Counted from the first letter of the whole stretch, positions 1-10,152 are shown. The stretch: DNA of 63,860 nucleotides, filler included, from Actinomycetota bacterium (GCA_009886115.1; 5 parts of 5 records of this genome joined end to end with filler, not necessarily neighbours in it), one strand, 5' to 3'. The notes: generated by a model not told the origin, from the sequence alone. Numbers and translations: made by a program.

Positions 1-14
1 GACCAGCTCATTCG

Positions 15-101
15 TGGTGCGCGAGGGGGGACTTGAACCCCCACGTCCTTGCGGACACAGGAACCTGAATCCTGCGCGTCTGCCTATTCCGCCACTCGCG
101 C
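15..101 (-). tRNA. tRNA-Leu (anticodon CAG)
   Basis: Reverse complement reads GCGCGAGTGGCGGAATAGGCAGACGCG-CAGGA-TTCAGGT-TCCTG...GGGGGTTCAAGTCCCCC-TCGCGCACCA. It shows a D-arm, anticodon CAG, long variable arm, T-loop and an encoded CCA. Confidence 0.95.
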
Positions 102-259
102 GTGCAGAGGCGAACCCTAGCAGGAGGACGATTCCCGGCCGGTAGCCCTTCCGGTGACGGCGCTCGGGTGGGACGGCCCGGCGGGTGGCATCGGCGCCCG
201 GGGGGAGCGTCGGTACACTCCGGAGCCCGGGGGGACCCGGATCAGGGAGGACATCGCAC

Positions 260-910
260 ATGCTCAGGCACTTCGAGCGTCGCCTCGAGCAGCTCGTGGA
301 AGGGGCCTTCACCAAGGCGTTTCGGAGCGGCCTCCAGCCGGTGGAGGTCGGTCGCCGACTCATCCGGGAGGTCGACAGGACCCGAACGCTCGGGGTGCGG
401 GCGACGATCGTCCCGAACGTCTACGCGGTCGAGGTCTCCCCGGCCGACCACGAGCGGTTCTCGGCCTTCGCCGACGCCCTGATCGCCGACCTGGCGGAGA
501 TGCTGCGGGCCCACGCCCGCGAGGAGCGCTACCAGTTCGTGGGCCCGGTCGAGATCAGCCTCGTTCCGTCGGAACGGCTCAAGCCCGGTGATCTACGGAT
601 CAGGGCCACGATCCACGAGGACCTGGCCGGTGTCCCGGCGTCGCTCGTTCTCGCCGACGGCACCCGGATCCGACTCGGGGCCGAGCCGCTGGTGATCGGC
701 CGTCTGGAGGACTGTCCGATCACCGTTGCCGATCCCAAGGTCTCGCGCACGCACGCCGAGTTGCGCCGTGAGCGCGAAGGAATCCGTATCGTCGATCTCG
801 GCTCCACCAACGGGACGTTCGTCAACGGGCACGCCATCCATGACACGTTCCTCGACGATGGTGACCGAATCGACATCGGACCGGCCACGTTGGTGTTCGA
901 GGCGTCATAG
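260..910 (+). CDS. fhaA: FhaA-like protein (DUF3662 plus C-terminal FHA domain)
   Basis: N-terminus FERRLEQLVEGAFTKAFRSGLQPVE is DUF3662-like. FHA motifs IGR..., VSRTHA and DLGSTNGT are present. GGAGG lies upstream of ATG 260. First gene of the pknB cluster. Confidence 0.9.
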   Translation: MLRHFERRLEQLVEGAFTKAFRSGLQPVEVGRRLIREVDRTRTLGVRATIVPNVYAVEVSPADHERFSAFADALIADLAEMLRAHAREERYQFVGPVEISLVPSERLKPGDLRIRATIHEDLAGVPASLVLADGTRIRLGAEPLVIGRLEDCPITVADPKVSRTHAELRREREGIRIVDLGSTNGTFVNGHAIHDTFLDDGDRIDIGPATLVFEAS

Positions 911-943
911 CCTGAGGGCGACGTCGACCGCGAAGGAGCGAGC

Positions 944-1609
944 GTGAGGGTCAACGAATCCGTGCTGACCATCCTCAAGTACTGCTTCCTCGCGCTCTTG
1001 TACCTGTTCCTGCTCCGGGTCGTGAGGGTCGTGTACCTGGAGCTCGGCGGGGGCGGCCGGCGAGCTGCCCGAGCTGGTCGCCCGACCGAGGCGCCAGACA
1101 TCACCCGAACCCCGCAGTCGCCGGCACTGGGCGTCGAAGCGGCGGTCGGAGCCGGCGGGCACCGTCGACCCGGTCCCGCGAGCGCCATGCGCACCACCAG
1201 CACCTTCACGCCACCTGTCCCATCGACGCCCCCGGGCGCGCCCTCGACACCGGCACCACCACCCCGAGCCGCGGCTGCACCGTCGACCTGGAAGCGACGG
1301 CGGGCTCACCAACCCGGGTCGGCCCGCTTGGTCGTCGTCGAACCACTGGAGCAGGCGGGGAGGGTCTACGACGTCATCGACGAAGTCACGATCGGACGAG
1401 CGTCGAGTTGTCAGGTCGTGCTCGTCGACGACACGTACGTGTCCCAGATTCACGCCCGCGTGTTCATCCACCAGGGTCGACCGTTCCTCGAGGACCTCGG
1501 ATCGACCAACGGCACGTACCTGAATCAGGCCCGGGTCGAGACGGTCGCGCCGCTCGGGCGCGGCGATCACGTGCAGATCGGGCGTACGCTGATGGAGGTG
1601 TCGTGCTGA
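944..1609 (+). CDS. fhaB: FhaB/FipA-like membrane-anchored FHA protein
   Basis: N-terminal TM helix, Pro-rich linker and FHA motifs (TIGR, VSQIHA, DLGSTNGT). Position in the cluster fits. Confidence 0.85.
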   Translation: MRVNESVLTILKYCFLALLYLFLLRVVRVVYLELGGGGRRAARAGRPTEAPDITRTPQSPALGVEAAVGAGGHRRPGPASAMRTTSTFTPPVPSTPPGAPSTPAPPPRAAAAPSTWKRRRAHQPGSARLVVVEPLEQAGRVYDVIDEVTIGRASSCQVVLVDDTYVSQIHARVFIHQGRPFLEDLGSTNGTYLNQARVETVAPLGRGDHVQIGRTLMEVSC

Positions 1610-1688
1610 GCGGCGCCGTCGACATCGACGAGAGTGTGCGACCGGGTGGAGATCTCGGGGCGACGGATCGGACCAAGGGGGCCGGCAG

Positions 1689-2885
1689 GTGAGATTCCAA
1701 GTCGGCCACAAGACCGATGTCGGCCGTGTGAGGCAAGGTAACGAGGACAATTATCTCGTCGACCACACGATGAACGTCTTCGCCGTCGCTGACGGCATGG
1801 GCGGTCATCGGGCCGGTGAGGTTGCCTCGCACACCGCTCTCGCCGAGCTGCGATCGTTGATGGAAGCCGACCCCACGCTGCACGTGGCCGACGCGGTCGC
1901 GGCGGCCAACGACGCGGTCTACCAGAAGGCCGTCGACGATCCCAGCCTCCAAGGGATGGGCACCACGGTCACCGCCGTGAAGATCATCGACGACACCGCC
2001 GTGCTCGGCCATGTTGGCGACTCCCGGTGCTACCTGCTCCGCAACGGGGAGCTGCTGCGCAAGTCTCAGGACCACAGTTTCGTCGAGCAGCTCCGCCGCG
2101 AGGGTCGCATCACCGCCGAGCAGGCGGCCGTGCATCCCCAGCGTTCGATCCTCACTCGGGCCCTCGGCATCGAGCCCGGCGTCGCGATCGACCGGGACCT
2201 GATCGAGCTCGTACACGGCGATCGCCTCATGCTCTGCAGCGACGGCCTCCACGCCCTCGTCGGCGAGCACGTGATCGCGGAGATCATGCTCGCCGTGGCC
2301 GACCCCATGGCGGCCGCTGAAGCGCTGATCGCAGCGGCCAACGAGGCGGGTGGAGACGACAACATCACCGCACTCGTGATCGACGTGTACGACGACGATG
2401 CGCCAATGCCGGCTTCGCCCGGCGACGGCGAGCTCGACAGGGCCGGGCAGGCCTCGGCCGAGACGCTGCAACTCCCGACCTCCGTGCTCGACGGCGTGCC
2501 GGCTGCGATCGCCGCGGCCCTGGCGGCTGGGTCGGACAACCTCGACGCCACGCTCGAGATCCCGGAGATCCCGCAGGTCGCCGGGCTCCCCGAGGGCGTC
2601 GCGAGCGTCGAGGCATCCCACGGCCACGAGCCCGCCTTCGGTGCAGCCAGCGCCGCGCCCTTGGCGTCGGAGCTCCCGGGGCTCATCGCCGCCCCGGCCG
2701 CATCTTCAGCGCCGTCAGTGCCGTCGGCCGAGCCGCCGTACGCCGACGCCCCGGGAATCGGCGCAGCGGCAGAGCCTTCGGTGCCGGCCGCGAAGCGAGC
2801 CCGGCCGCAGTGGCTGTGGATGATCCCGGTGATCGTCGCGCTCGGGGTGGCGTTGGGCCTGATCGTCTGGCTCCTGGCCCGTTGA
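1689..2885 (+). CDS. pstP: PP2C-family Ser/Thr phosphatase PstP/Stp1 with C-terminal TM helix
   Basis: Motifs GRVRQGNED, VADGMGGH, HVGDSR, CSDGL and GGDDNIT. Confidence 0.92.
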   Translation: MRFQVGHKTDVGRVRQGNEDNYLVDHTMNVFAVADGMGGHRAGEVASHTALAELRSLMEADPTLHVADAVAAANDAVYQKAVDDPSLQGMGTTVTAVKIIDDTAVLGHVGDSRCYLLRNGELLRKSQDHSFVEQLRREGRITAEQAAVHPQRSILTRALGIEPGVAIDRDLIELVHGDRLMLCSDGLHALVGEHVIAEIMLAVADPMAAAEALIAAANEAGGDDNITALVIDVYDDDAPMPASPGDGELDRAGQASAETLQLPTSVLDGVPAAIAAALAAGSDNLDATLEIPEIPQVAGLPEGVASVEASHGHEPAFGAASAAPLASELPGLIAAPAASSAPSVPSAEPPYADAPGIGAAAEPSVPAAKRARPQWLWMIPVIVALGVALGLIVWLLAR

Positions 2886-4333
2886 TGGCCGACGCCGTCG
2901 GGCGTCACGGCCCGCGCCCCGGCGCCCGGCGGCGAGCCAACCGAAGGGATGCGCGCCGGACGAGCCCCCTGGCCATCGAACGGCGGTGGAACGAGGCCAC
3001 GCTCTTGGTGTTCTCGTTCCTGGTCGTCATCGGGGGCTTCGTGCTCGTCGGCCTGGCCGACACACCCGATCGAGCCACCCTGGCACCGCGCGTCGTGGGG
3101 TTCGGGATCCTGATCCTCGGTCTCATCGTCGGCATGCACATCGCGGTCAGACGGCTCGCGCCTCGCGCCGACGCCACCTTGTTGCCGATCGCCGCGCTCC
3201 TCAACGGTCTCGGCTACGTGATGATCGCTCGGCTCGACGTCCGCCGCACCAATCTCGCAGCCGCGCAGAGCCGCTGGATGATCATCGCGGCGTTCGCCTT
3301 CGTCACCGTGCTGGCCGTCGTCCCCCGGGTGCGGAACCTCGAGAAGTACCGCTACACCTTGGCGTTGCTGGGCGTGATCGCGCTCCTCCTCCCGCTCCTG
3401 CCGGTGCTGGGCGCCACGATCAACGGAGCCCGGGTGTGGATCCGTGTGGGTCCGCTCACCTTCCAGCCGGCCGAGATCGCCAAGGTCCTTCTCGTGCTGT
3501 TCTTCGCCGCTTACCTCGCAGACAAGCGCGAGCTGCTCTCGGTCGCGACCCGTCGGATCGGGCCGATCATGATCCCCGACGTGAAGCACTTCGGGCCGCT
3601 CCTGCTCGCCTGGGGCGTGTCGCTCCTGGTGATGGTGCGCCAGCGCGATCTCGGCACGTCGCTGTTGTTCTTCGGTGTGTTCGTGCTGATGCTCTACATC
3701 GCCACGGGACGAGCGGTGTTCGTGGGGATCGGCACCGTCCTGTTCGCCGGCGGCGCCGTGTTCGCGTACAGCGCGTTCAGCCACGTGCGCACGCGCGTCG
3801 ACATCTGGATCGACCCGTTCGCCGATCCGCAGGGAAAGGGATTTCAGCTCGTCCAGTCGATCTTCGCGTTCGGCTCCGGTGGGATCTCGGGCACCGGTCT
3901 GGGGCTGGGCACCCCCAACCGAATCCCCTACGCCCAGACCGACTTCATCTACGCGGCCTTCGGCGAGGAGCTCGGGCTCCTCGGAGCGGGAGCGCTGCTC
4001 ATCGCCTTCTTGCTCCTCGTGGGCTCGGCCTTCCGCATCGCCATGCGCATCGAGCACCCGTTCTCGAAGCTGTTCGCGGCCGGGCTGGCGTCGATCCTCG
4101 GACTGCAGAGCGCCATCATCATCGGCGGCGTCACCCGCACCATCCCGCTCACCGGCATCACCCTGCCGTTCGTGAGCTACGGCGGATCGTCGCTCCTGGT
4201 GAACTGGATCATCCTGGCCTTGTTGCTCCGGATGAGCGACGAGGCCGAGCAGCACGACGAAGAGCATGCATCGTCGGGTGGGCTCACAGACGGCGGCGGG
4301 CTCAGAGACGGCGGGGCCAGGGGCGGGTCGTGA
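2885..4333 (+). CDS. rodA: FtsW/RodA/SpoVE family SEDS peptidoglycan glycosyltransferase
   Basis: Multi-TM protein with FQPAEIAK, RDLGT, QTDFIY and TGITLPFVSYGGSSL. ATG overlaps the pstP stop (TGATG). Confidence 0.92.
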   Translation: MADAVGRHGPRPGARRRANRRDARRTSPLAIERRWNEATLLVFSFLVVIGGFVLVGLADTPDRATLAPRVVGFGILILGLIVGMHIAVRRLAPRADATLLPIAALLNGLGYVMIARLDVRRTNLAAAQSRWMIIAAFAFVTVLAVVPRVRNLEKYRYTLALLGVIALLLPLLPVLGATINGARVWIRVGPLTFQPAEIAKVLLVLFFAAYLADKRELLSVATRRIGPIMIPDVKHFGPLLLAWGVSLLVMVRQRDLGTSLLFFGVFVLMLYIATGRAVFVGIGTVLFAGGAVFAYSAFSHVRTRVDIWIDPFADPQGKGFQLVQSIFAFGSGGISGTGLGLGTPNRIPYAQTDFIYAAFGEELGLLGAGALLIAFLLLVGSAFRIAMRIEHPFSKLFAAGLASILGLQSAIIIGGVTRTIPLTGITLPFVSYGGSSLLVNWIILALLLRMSDEAEQHDEEHASSGGLTDGGGLRDGGARGGS

Positions 4334-5847
4334 ACGCCCGGATCCGTCGCTCGGGGCTGTTGATCACCGCAGCCTTCATCGTCTTGTTCGGGATGCTCAA
4401 CTGGTTGCAGATCGTCTCGGCCAAGGAGCTCTACAACGACCCCCGGAACTTTCGGCGGATCGTTCGCGACTACGCCAATCCCCGGGGCCCGATCATCGAC
4501 TCCGAGGGACTGGCCGTCGCCGTCTCGGTCCCGGCCGACAACCAGTACGACTTCCTGCGTACCTACCCCTACGGTCCCCTCTTCGGCAACGTGACGGGCT
4601 TCTACTCGTTCCAGTTCGGAGCATCGGGCATCGAGGACGTGTTCAACGACGAGCTCACCGGACGCGATCCCGACGTCGGAGCCGCCGATCTCCTCGGTCT
4701 GCTCCAAGGCGAGGTGCACACCGGGACCGCGCAGTTGAGCATCGACGCTCGGGCGCAGGAGCTCGCCCGGCAGGCGCTCGCCGGCCGACGGGGCTCGGTC
4801 GTCGTGCTCGACACCCGGACGGGCGCCGTCGTCGCGCTCTACCAGGAACCGGGCTTCGACCCGACGGTGATCTCGGGCCACGACGTCGATGCGGCCAAAC
4901 GCGACGACGCGACGCTCGCGGCCTCGAACCCCGATCCCCGCCTCGCTCGAAGCTTTCGTGAGATCTACCCGCCCGGCTCGACGTTCAAGATCGTCACCGC
5001 CGCCGCGGCACTCACGTTCGGGATCGCCACTCCCGACACGGAGTTCCCGGTCTTGACCGAGCTCGACCTCCCGCTCACCGATCGCACGCTCTCGAACTTC
5101 GGCGGCTCGGCGTGCGGCGGGAACCTGCGCGACTCGTTCGCCCGCTCGTGCAACACGGTGTTCGGACAGCTCGGGCTCGACCTCAACGAGGACCTCGTGA
5201 AGTCGTTGCAGGCCTGGGGGATCGGCGAGTCGATCCCGTTCGACCTCCGGGCAGCGCGGGCCACCCGTCCGGCCGCCGGCAGCTTCCGCGACAACGCACC
5301 CCTGTTCGCCCAAGCCGCGATCGGCCAGGGCGAGATCTCCGTATCGCCGTTGCAGATGGCCATGATCGCCGCGACCGTCGCCAACGGGGGCCAGATGATG
5401 CGGCCCTACGTCGTGCAGCGGGTCCTCGACGTCGACGCTGGGATCGTGTCGGAGACCACGCCACAGGTCTGGCGTACACCGATCACCGCCGACGTGGCCG
5501 CGACCATGCGCGACCTGATGGTTGGCGTGGTCGAACAGGGGACGGGATCCGCGGCCCGCATCGACGGTGTGATGGTGGCGGGCAAGACGGGAACCGCGCA
5601 GGTGCAAGGCGCCGACCCCCACGCCTGGTTCGTGGGGTTCGCCCCCGCCGACGCCACCTTGGCGCAACGCCAGTACGCCATCGCCGTGCTCATCGAGAAC
5701 GGCGGCAACGTCGGCTCGGAAGCGACCGGGGGACGGCTCTCCGCACCGGTGGCCCAGCAGGTGCTCTCGGGCCTGATCTCGGGACAGCTGCCGTCGCCGA
5801 CGCCCGCTGGCGCGGTCCCGGTTCCCGGCCCGACCCCGGGAGGATGA
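4330..5847 (+). CDS. pbpA: Class B penicillin-binding protein PbpA
   Basis: SxxK (GSTFK), SxN (SCN) and KTG (GKTGTA) motifs, N-terminal TM, and GTGA coupling to rodA. Confidence 0.92.
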   Translation: MNARIRRSGLLITAAFIVLFGMLNWLQIVSAKELYNDPRNFRRIVRDYANPRGPIIDSEGLAVAVSVPADNQYDFLRTYPYGPLFGNVTGFYSFQFGASGIEDVFNDELTGRDPDVGAADLLGLLQGEVHTGTAQLSIDARAQELARQALAGRRGSVVVLDTRTGAVVALYQEPGFDPTVISGHDVDAAKRDDATLAASNPDPRLARSFREIYPPGSTFKIVTAAAALTFGIATPDTEFPVLTELDLPLTDRTLSNFGGSACGGNLRDSFARSCNTVFGQLGLDLNEDLVKSLQAWGIGESIPFDLRAARATRPAAGSFRDNAPLFAQAAIGQGEISVSPLQMAMIAATVANGGQMMRPYVVQRVLDVDAGIVSETTPQVWRTPITADVAATMRDLMVGVVEQGTGSAARIDGVMVAGKTGTAQVQGADPHAWFVGFAPADATLAQRQYAIAVLIENGGNVGSEATGGRLSAPVAQQVLSGLISGQLPSPTPAGAVPVPGPTPGG

Positions 5848-5996
5848 CCCGTTGGTGGGGTCACCCGCGCCTGCGCCTACGCGCCGATTCTGTCGCAGAT
5901 TCTGCGCGTAGGCGCCGCAGAATGGGCTCTGACCTGGGGCGTCGCTGACGTCGTAACGTATTCGTCATGAACTAGGGTGGCGCATCGTCCGAGCCC

Positions 5997-8123
5997 ATGC
6001 CGGAGATGCAAACCAGCCCCCGATTAACCTGGCGCCCACTTCCTATGTCCTCCCCCGCGTACTCCGATCGCTACGAGATCCTCCGACACCTGGCCCGCGG
6101 GGGGATGGCCGAGGTGTACCTCGCCCGCGACCATCTGCTCGACCGTCCGGTCGCGGTCAAGGTCCTCTCGGCCGAGTTCGCCCGTGACCCGTCGTTCGTC
6201 GAGCGCTTCCGTCGCGAGGCCAGGGCTGCCGCCAACCTGAGCCATCCCGGCATCGTCTCGGTGTACGACTGGGGCGAGGCCGCGGGCACGTACTACATCG
6301 TCATGGAGTACGTCGAGGGACGGTCGCTGCGCGACGTGGTGCAGCACTCGGCTCCGCTGCATCCGCACCGCGCCGCCGAGATCACCGGCGACATCGCCGA
6401 CGCCTTGGCCAACGCGCACGACAAGGGCGTCGTGCACCGCGACGTCAAACCCGGCAACGTCCTCATCACGCCCCAAGGGCACGTGAAGGTCACCGACTTC
6501 GGCATCGCACGGGCCGGCGTCGCCGACAACCTCACCCAGACCGGCGCCGTCATGGGCACGGCCGTCTACTTCTCTCCCGAGCAGGCGCAGGGCTTCCCCA
6601 CCGACGGTCGCAGCGACATCTACTCGCTCGGCGTCGTGCTCTACGAGATGGTCACGAGCTATCCGCCCTTCGGCGGCGACAGCCCCGTGGCCATCGCCTA
6701 CAAGCACGTGCGCGAAACGCCGGTCTCGCCCAGCCTCTTGAACCCCGACATCCCTCCCGATCTCGAAGCGATCATCCTCACCACGCTGGCCAAGAACCCC
6801 AACGACCGCTACCAGACCGCCCGCGACTTCCGGGCCGACCTCGTGCGCTTCCGCCAGGGCCAGCGGATCATGATGGCCCCGGTGACGGCCATGGTCACCG
6901 AGATCCCCACGGGCGCTCAGCCGGCCGCCCTGCCGGTACCGGTGCCAGCCCCGCAGCCCCCGGCCCGGCAACAGCCCACGCAGGTGGTCATCCGCCCACC
7001 CGATCCCAACGCCGACGTGCGCCGTGCGGCTGTCGTGCACGGCCGCGGCGCCGACGCCACCACGGTCGGTACCCGGGTGCTCACGCCGCCGCCGCGCAAC
7101 CGCTTCGCCCGAGCCGTGTTGTTCCTGCTCACGTTTGTCGCGCTCGTCGCCGCCATCGCCGCCCTCGTGGCCGTGATCGCCGACAAGATCACGCAGGACG
7201 ACACCGCGGCCGCCGACATCAGCGTCCCGAGCGTCATCGGTCTGAGCGAAGCCGACGCCAGGGAAGCGCTCGAAGCACAGGGTTTCGAGGTGCTCGTGGA
7301 GGCCGTCGCCAACGACGCCGTCACCAACGGGCAGGTCTTCGAGCAGAGCCCCGATGCCGGCACCCTGCAAACCAGGAACACGCCCGTCACCATCGTTGTC
7401 AGCAAGCTGGCCGAGCAGGTGACAGTGCCCACCGTGAAGGGCCTCACCGCCGAGCAAGCCTCGGCCCAGCTCAACGCGCTCAAGCTCGTGCCCCGCACCG
7501 ATCCGCGCGATGACGCGTCGGTACCCGCAGGCACGGTGATCGACAGCGCGCCGGTGGCTGGCACGGTGCTCAGCGCTGGTGACGAGGTCAAGCTCATCGT
7601 CGCCCGGACCCCGAACACGCTCCTGGTGCCGCTCGTCGACAACCTCGACCAGGTCACGGCCACGAACAACCTGCGCAGCGCGGGGTTCACCCAGATCGTC
7701 CCACAGAGCGAAGGCAGCGACACGGTGACCCTGGGCAACGTGATCCGCACCGAGCCGGCCGGCGGCCAGGTCGTGGCCCCGGGATCGCCCATCAAGATCA
7801 TCATCTCGACCGGGCCCGACCAGGTGGCCGTCCCGAACGTGCGCGGCCTCACCGAGGTCGACGCCATCGCCCGCATCACGTTCTTCAAGCTCGTGCCGAG
7901 CGCCTCGCCGAGCGCGACGTGCGCCGAAGCCGACAACGGCAAGGTCATCAACCAGACGCCGGCGTTCGGCCAGCAGGTCGCCCCCGGTGCCGGAGTCACG
8001 ATCACCGTGTGCCAGTTCGTCGCTCCGGCGACGACGACGGTCGCCACCACGCCAGCCACACCGGCGCCGACCGCCCCGCCGGCCGAGACGACCACCGTCC
8101 CGACGGCGCCTCCGGCCACCTGA
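5997..8123 (+). CDS. pknB: PASTA-domain Ser/Thr kinase PknB (start may be ATG 6045)
   Basis: Kinase motifs GGMAEVY, VAVK, HRDVKPGN, DFGIA and YFSPEQ, one TM helix, then four PASTA repeats (VPxVxG-type starts). Confidence 0.95.
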   Translation: MPEMQTSPRLTWRPLPMSSPAYSDRYEILRHLARGGMAEVYLARDHLLDRPVAVKVLSAEFARDPSFVERFRREARAAANLSHPGIVSVYDWGEAAGTYYIVMEYVEGRSLRDVVQHSAPLHPHRAAEITGDIADALANAHDKGVVHRDVKPGNVLITPQGHVKVTDFGIARAGVADNLTQTGAVMGTAVYFSPEQAQGFPTDGRSDIYSLGVVLYEMVTSYPPFGGDSPVAIAYKHVRETPVSPSLLNPDIPPDLEAIILTTLAKNPNDRYQTARDFRADLVRFRQGQRIMMAPVTAMVTEIPTGAQPAALPVPVPAPQPPARQQPTQVVIRPPDPNADVRRAAVVHGRGADATTVGTRVLTPPPRNRFARAVLFLLTFVALVAAIAALVAVIADKITQDDTAAADISVPSVIGLSEADAREALEAQGFEVLVEAVANDAVTNGQVFEQSPDAGTLQTRNTPVTIVVSKLAEQVTVPTVKGLTAEQASAQLNALKLVPRTDPRDDASVPAGTVIDSAPVAGTVLSAGDEVKLIVARTPNTLLVPLVDNLDQVTATNNLRSAGFTQIVPQSEGSDTVTLGNVIRTEPAGGQVVAPGSPIKIIISTGPDQVAVPNVRGLTEVDAIARITFFKLVPSASPSATCAEADNGKVINQTPAFGQQVAPGAGVTITVCQFVAPATTTVATTPATPAPTAPPAETTTVPTAPPAT

Positions 8124-8137
8124 GGTCGGGACCCGCA

Positions 8138-8959
8138 GTGCCCGCGGTGCCCCACGAGCACCCGCTCCTGACGGCGTCGGGCATCGCGCTCGGCGAGTGG
8201 TACCACGAGCACGGGCGACACGAACTGCCCTGGCGAGGCACGCGCGACCGGTGGGCGGTGTTGGTGTCTGAGGTCATGCTGCAGCAGACCCAGGTGGCTC
8301 GGGTGATCGACTGCTACGCGGCGTTCCTCGACCGGTTCCCCGATCCCACCGCCTGCGCCGAGGCCGGACCCGGCGCGGTCATCGAGCAGTGGGGTCGTCT
8401 GGGCTATCCCCGACGGGCACGGCGGCTTTGGGAGAGCGCCGTCGAGATCGCCGGTCGCGGTTGGCCCGCCGACCTCACGACGCTCCCGGGGATCGGGCGT
8501 TACACCGCCCGCGCCGTGTCGGCCCAGGCCGACGATCGCGACGTACCCGCGGTCGAGGTGAACATCCGTCGTGTGGCCGAGCGCTTCACCGGACGACGGC
8601 TGTCGGACCAGGCTGGCGAGGGTGCGTCGATCGAGATCGGCGCACCCTTGGCGGGCCGCGAGCGACTCCTCGCGCTCATGGACCTGGGCGCGCTCGTCTG
8701 TCGCTCCCGCACCCCGCACTGCGACGAGTGCCCGCTGCACGGCGGGTGCGCGAGCCGGGGCGTGTCGACGACCGAGACCGGGGCGTCACGCCAGGCGCGC
8801 TACGAGGGCTCGATGCGCCAACGTCGCGGACGGGTGCTCGCCGCGCTCAGGGAGCGGGCCGACATCGCCCGCGACGAGGTCGACGACGAGGCGCTCGCGT
8901 CGCTCGTCGCCGATGGCTTGGCCGTGGTCGACGACGAGGCGCGGGTCCGACTGCCCTGA
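8138..8959 (+). CDS. mutY: A/G-specific adenine glycosylase, short actinobacterial MutY
   Basis: LPWR, VSEVMLQQTQV, WGRLGYPRRA, HhH motif LPGIGRYTA, and 4Fe-4S motif C-x6-C-x2-C-x5-C. Confidence 0.88.
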   Translation: MPAVPHEHPLLTASGIALGEWYHEHGRHELPWRGTRDRWAVLVSEVMLQQTQVARVIDCYAAFLDRFPDPTACAEAGPGAVIEQWGRLGYPRRARRLWESAVEIAGRGWPADLTTLPGIGRYTARAVSAQADDRDVPAVEVNIRRVAERFTGRRLSDQAGEGASIEIGAPLAGRERLLALMDLGALVCRSRTPHCDECPLHGGCASRGVSTTETGASRQARYEGSMRQRRGRVLAALRERADIARDEVDDEALASLVADGLAVVDDEARVRLP

Positions 8960-9008
8960 CCATGCCGAGCGGCGGCGCACCCCGCCCCGCCTGGCGGGCC
9001 GGCGGCGG

Positions 9009-9599
9009 TCAGCGAACGGGCGCGAGATCGAGGAAGGCCCGCAGCAGGGCGTGACCGTGCTGGGTGAGGATCGACTCGGGGTGGAACTGCACGCCCTCGA
9101 TCGGGAACTCCCGATGGCGCACACCCATCACGACGCCGTCGTCGGTCTCAGCCGTGACCTCGAGACAGGCCGGCATCGACCCTGGCGCGATGACCAGCGA
9201 GTGGTAGCGGGTCGCGACGATTGGCGACGGGAGACCCGCGAACAGGCCCCCACCACGGTGATGGACCTCCGAGGTCTTGCCGTGCATGAGCTGGGGCGCT
9301 CGCACGACATCGCCGCCGTACACCTGGCCGATGCACTGGTGCCCGAGGCACACCCCGAGCACCGGTACCCCGCGTTCGCCGAATTCGCGGATCGCGTCGC
9401 TCGAGACGCCGGCGTCCTCCGGGCGGCCCGGACCCGGGGACACGAGCACGGCGTCGGGTTCCAGATCACGAAGCTCGGCGATCGTGAGGGCGTCGTGACG
9501 GTGCACGATCGGCTCGGCCCCGAGCTCCCCCAGGTACTGCACGAGGTTGTAGACGAACGAGTCGTAGTTGTCGATCACGAGCACCCGGGGACCAGACAC
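9009..9599 (-). CDS. trpG: Anthranilate/aminodeoxychorismate synthase component II (glutamine amidotransferase)
   Basis: [23 protein letters not shown] and QFHPES. May function as PabA. Confidence 0.92.
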   Translation of the reverse strand: MSGPRVLVIDNYDSFVYNLVQYLGELGAEPIVHRHDALTIAELRDLEPDAVLVSPGPGRPEDAGVSSDAIREFGERGVPVLGVCLGHQCIGQVYGGDVVRAPQLMHGKTSEVHHRGGGLFAGLPSPIVATRYHSLVIAPGSMPACLEVTAETDDGVVMGVRHREFPIEGVQFHPESILTQHGHALLRAFLDLAPVR

Positions 9600-9723
9600 G
9601 CGTCTCACACTACGACGCCGACATCGACCACCCCGAGGCCTTCCCGCCATCCTCCGCCCATCCACCGCGAAGCGCGTCGTGCTCAGACGACCTGCTCGGC
9701 CGTCGCGCACTACGCTGCCCGCC

Positions 9724-10065
9724 ATGCCGAAGTCCAAAGGTCGCCCGGCGCGAGCTCGAGTACGGCGAGGGCCGACGCCCCGCAAGGCCATCCCCAGCAC
9801 CGACGACTCGACGAAGGTGTCCGAGACGGGTCGCACGACGATGGCCCCGCCGTCGCAGGGCCGCTACACGCCACCCATCAGGGAACAGACCCGGCACAGT
9901 GCGCCGTGGTTCGCTCCGATGTTGTTCAGCCTCATGGGCCTGGGCGCACTGATCATCATGCTCAACTACATCGGGCTCGTCCCCGGCGACACGCAGAACG
10001 CTTACCTGTACAGCGGGCTCGGTCTCATCACCGTGGGCTTCTTGCTGGCGACCCAGTGGAAGTGA
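9724..10065 (+). CDS. crgA: Cell division protein CrgA
   Basis: RYTPP...SAPWF, two C-terminal TM helices ending GFLLATQWK, and the classic position next to trpG/pknB. Confidence 0.85.
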   Translation: MPKSKGRPARARVRRGPTPRKAIPSTDDSTKVSETGRTTMAPPSQGRYTPPIREQTRHSAPWFAPMLFSLMGLGALIIMLNYIGLVPGDTQNAYLYSGLGLITVGFLLATQWK

Positions 10066-10152
10066 CGCACCAGCGCTGCTGAGCCTCAAGGCCGCGGGTC
10101 GCGATGCCGATGGGTACCCGGGAAGCTCCGGTTCGCAATCACATCCATGTGA

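Noticed and set aside
15..101. tRNA-Leu as an integration site
   Set aside because: Its 3' end is at the window edge, and no integrase or duplicated 3' end is visible in the window.
2066..4267. Long antisense or alternate-frame ORFs (for example 2066-4267, 14807-17101, 22998-25031, 36272-38161, 40066-41928)
   Set aside because: They are shadow ORFs of well-supported genes. Stop codons are scarce at this GC content and no family motifs are present.
2986..4329. Apparent 953-aa PbpA and 858-aa REC-HDOD (38564-41140) with long N-terminal extensions
   Set aside because: The extensions overlap rodA and the kinase in another frame and are Arg-rich noise. The real starts are the coupled codons at 4330 and 40229.
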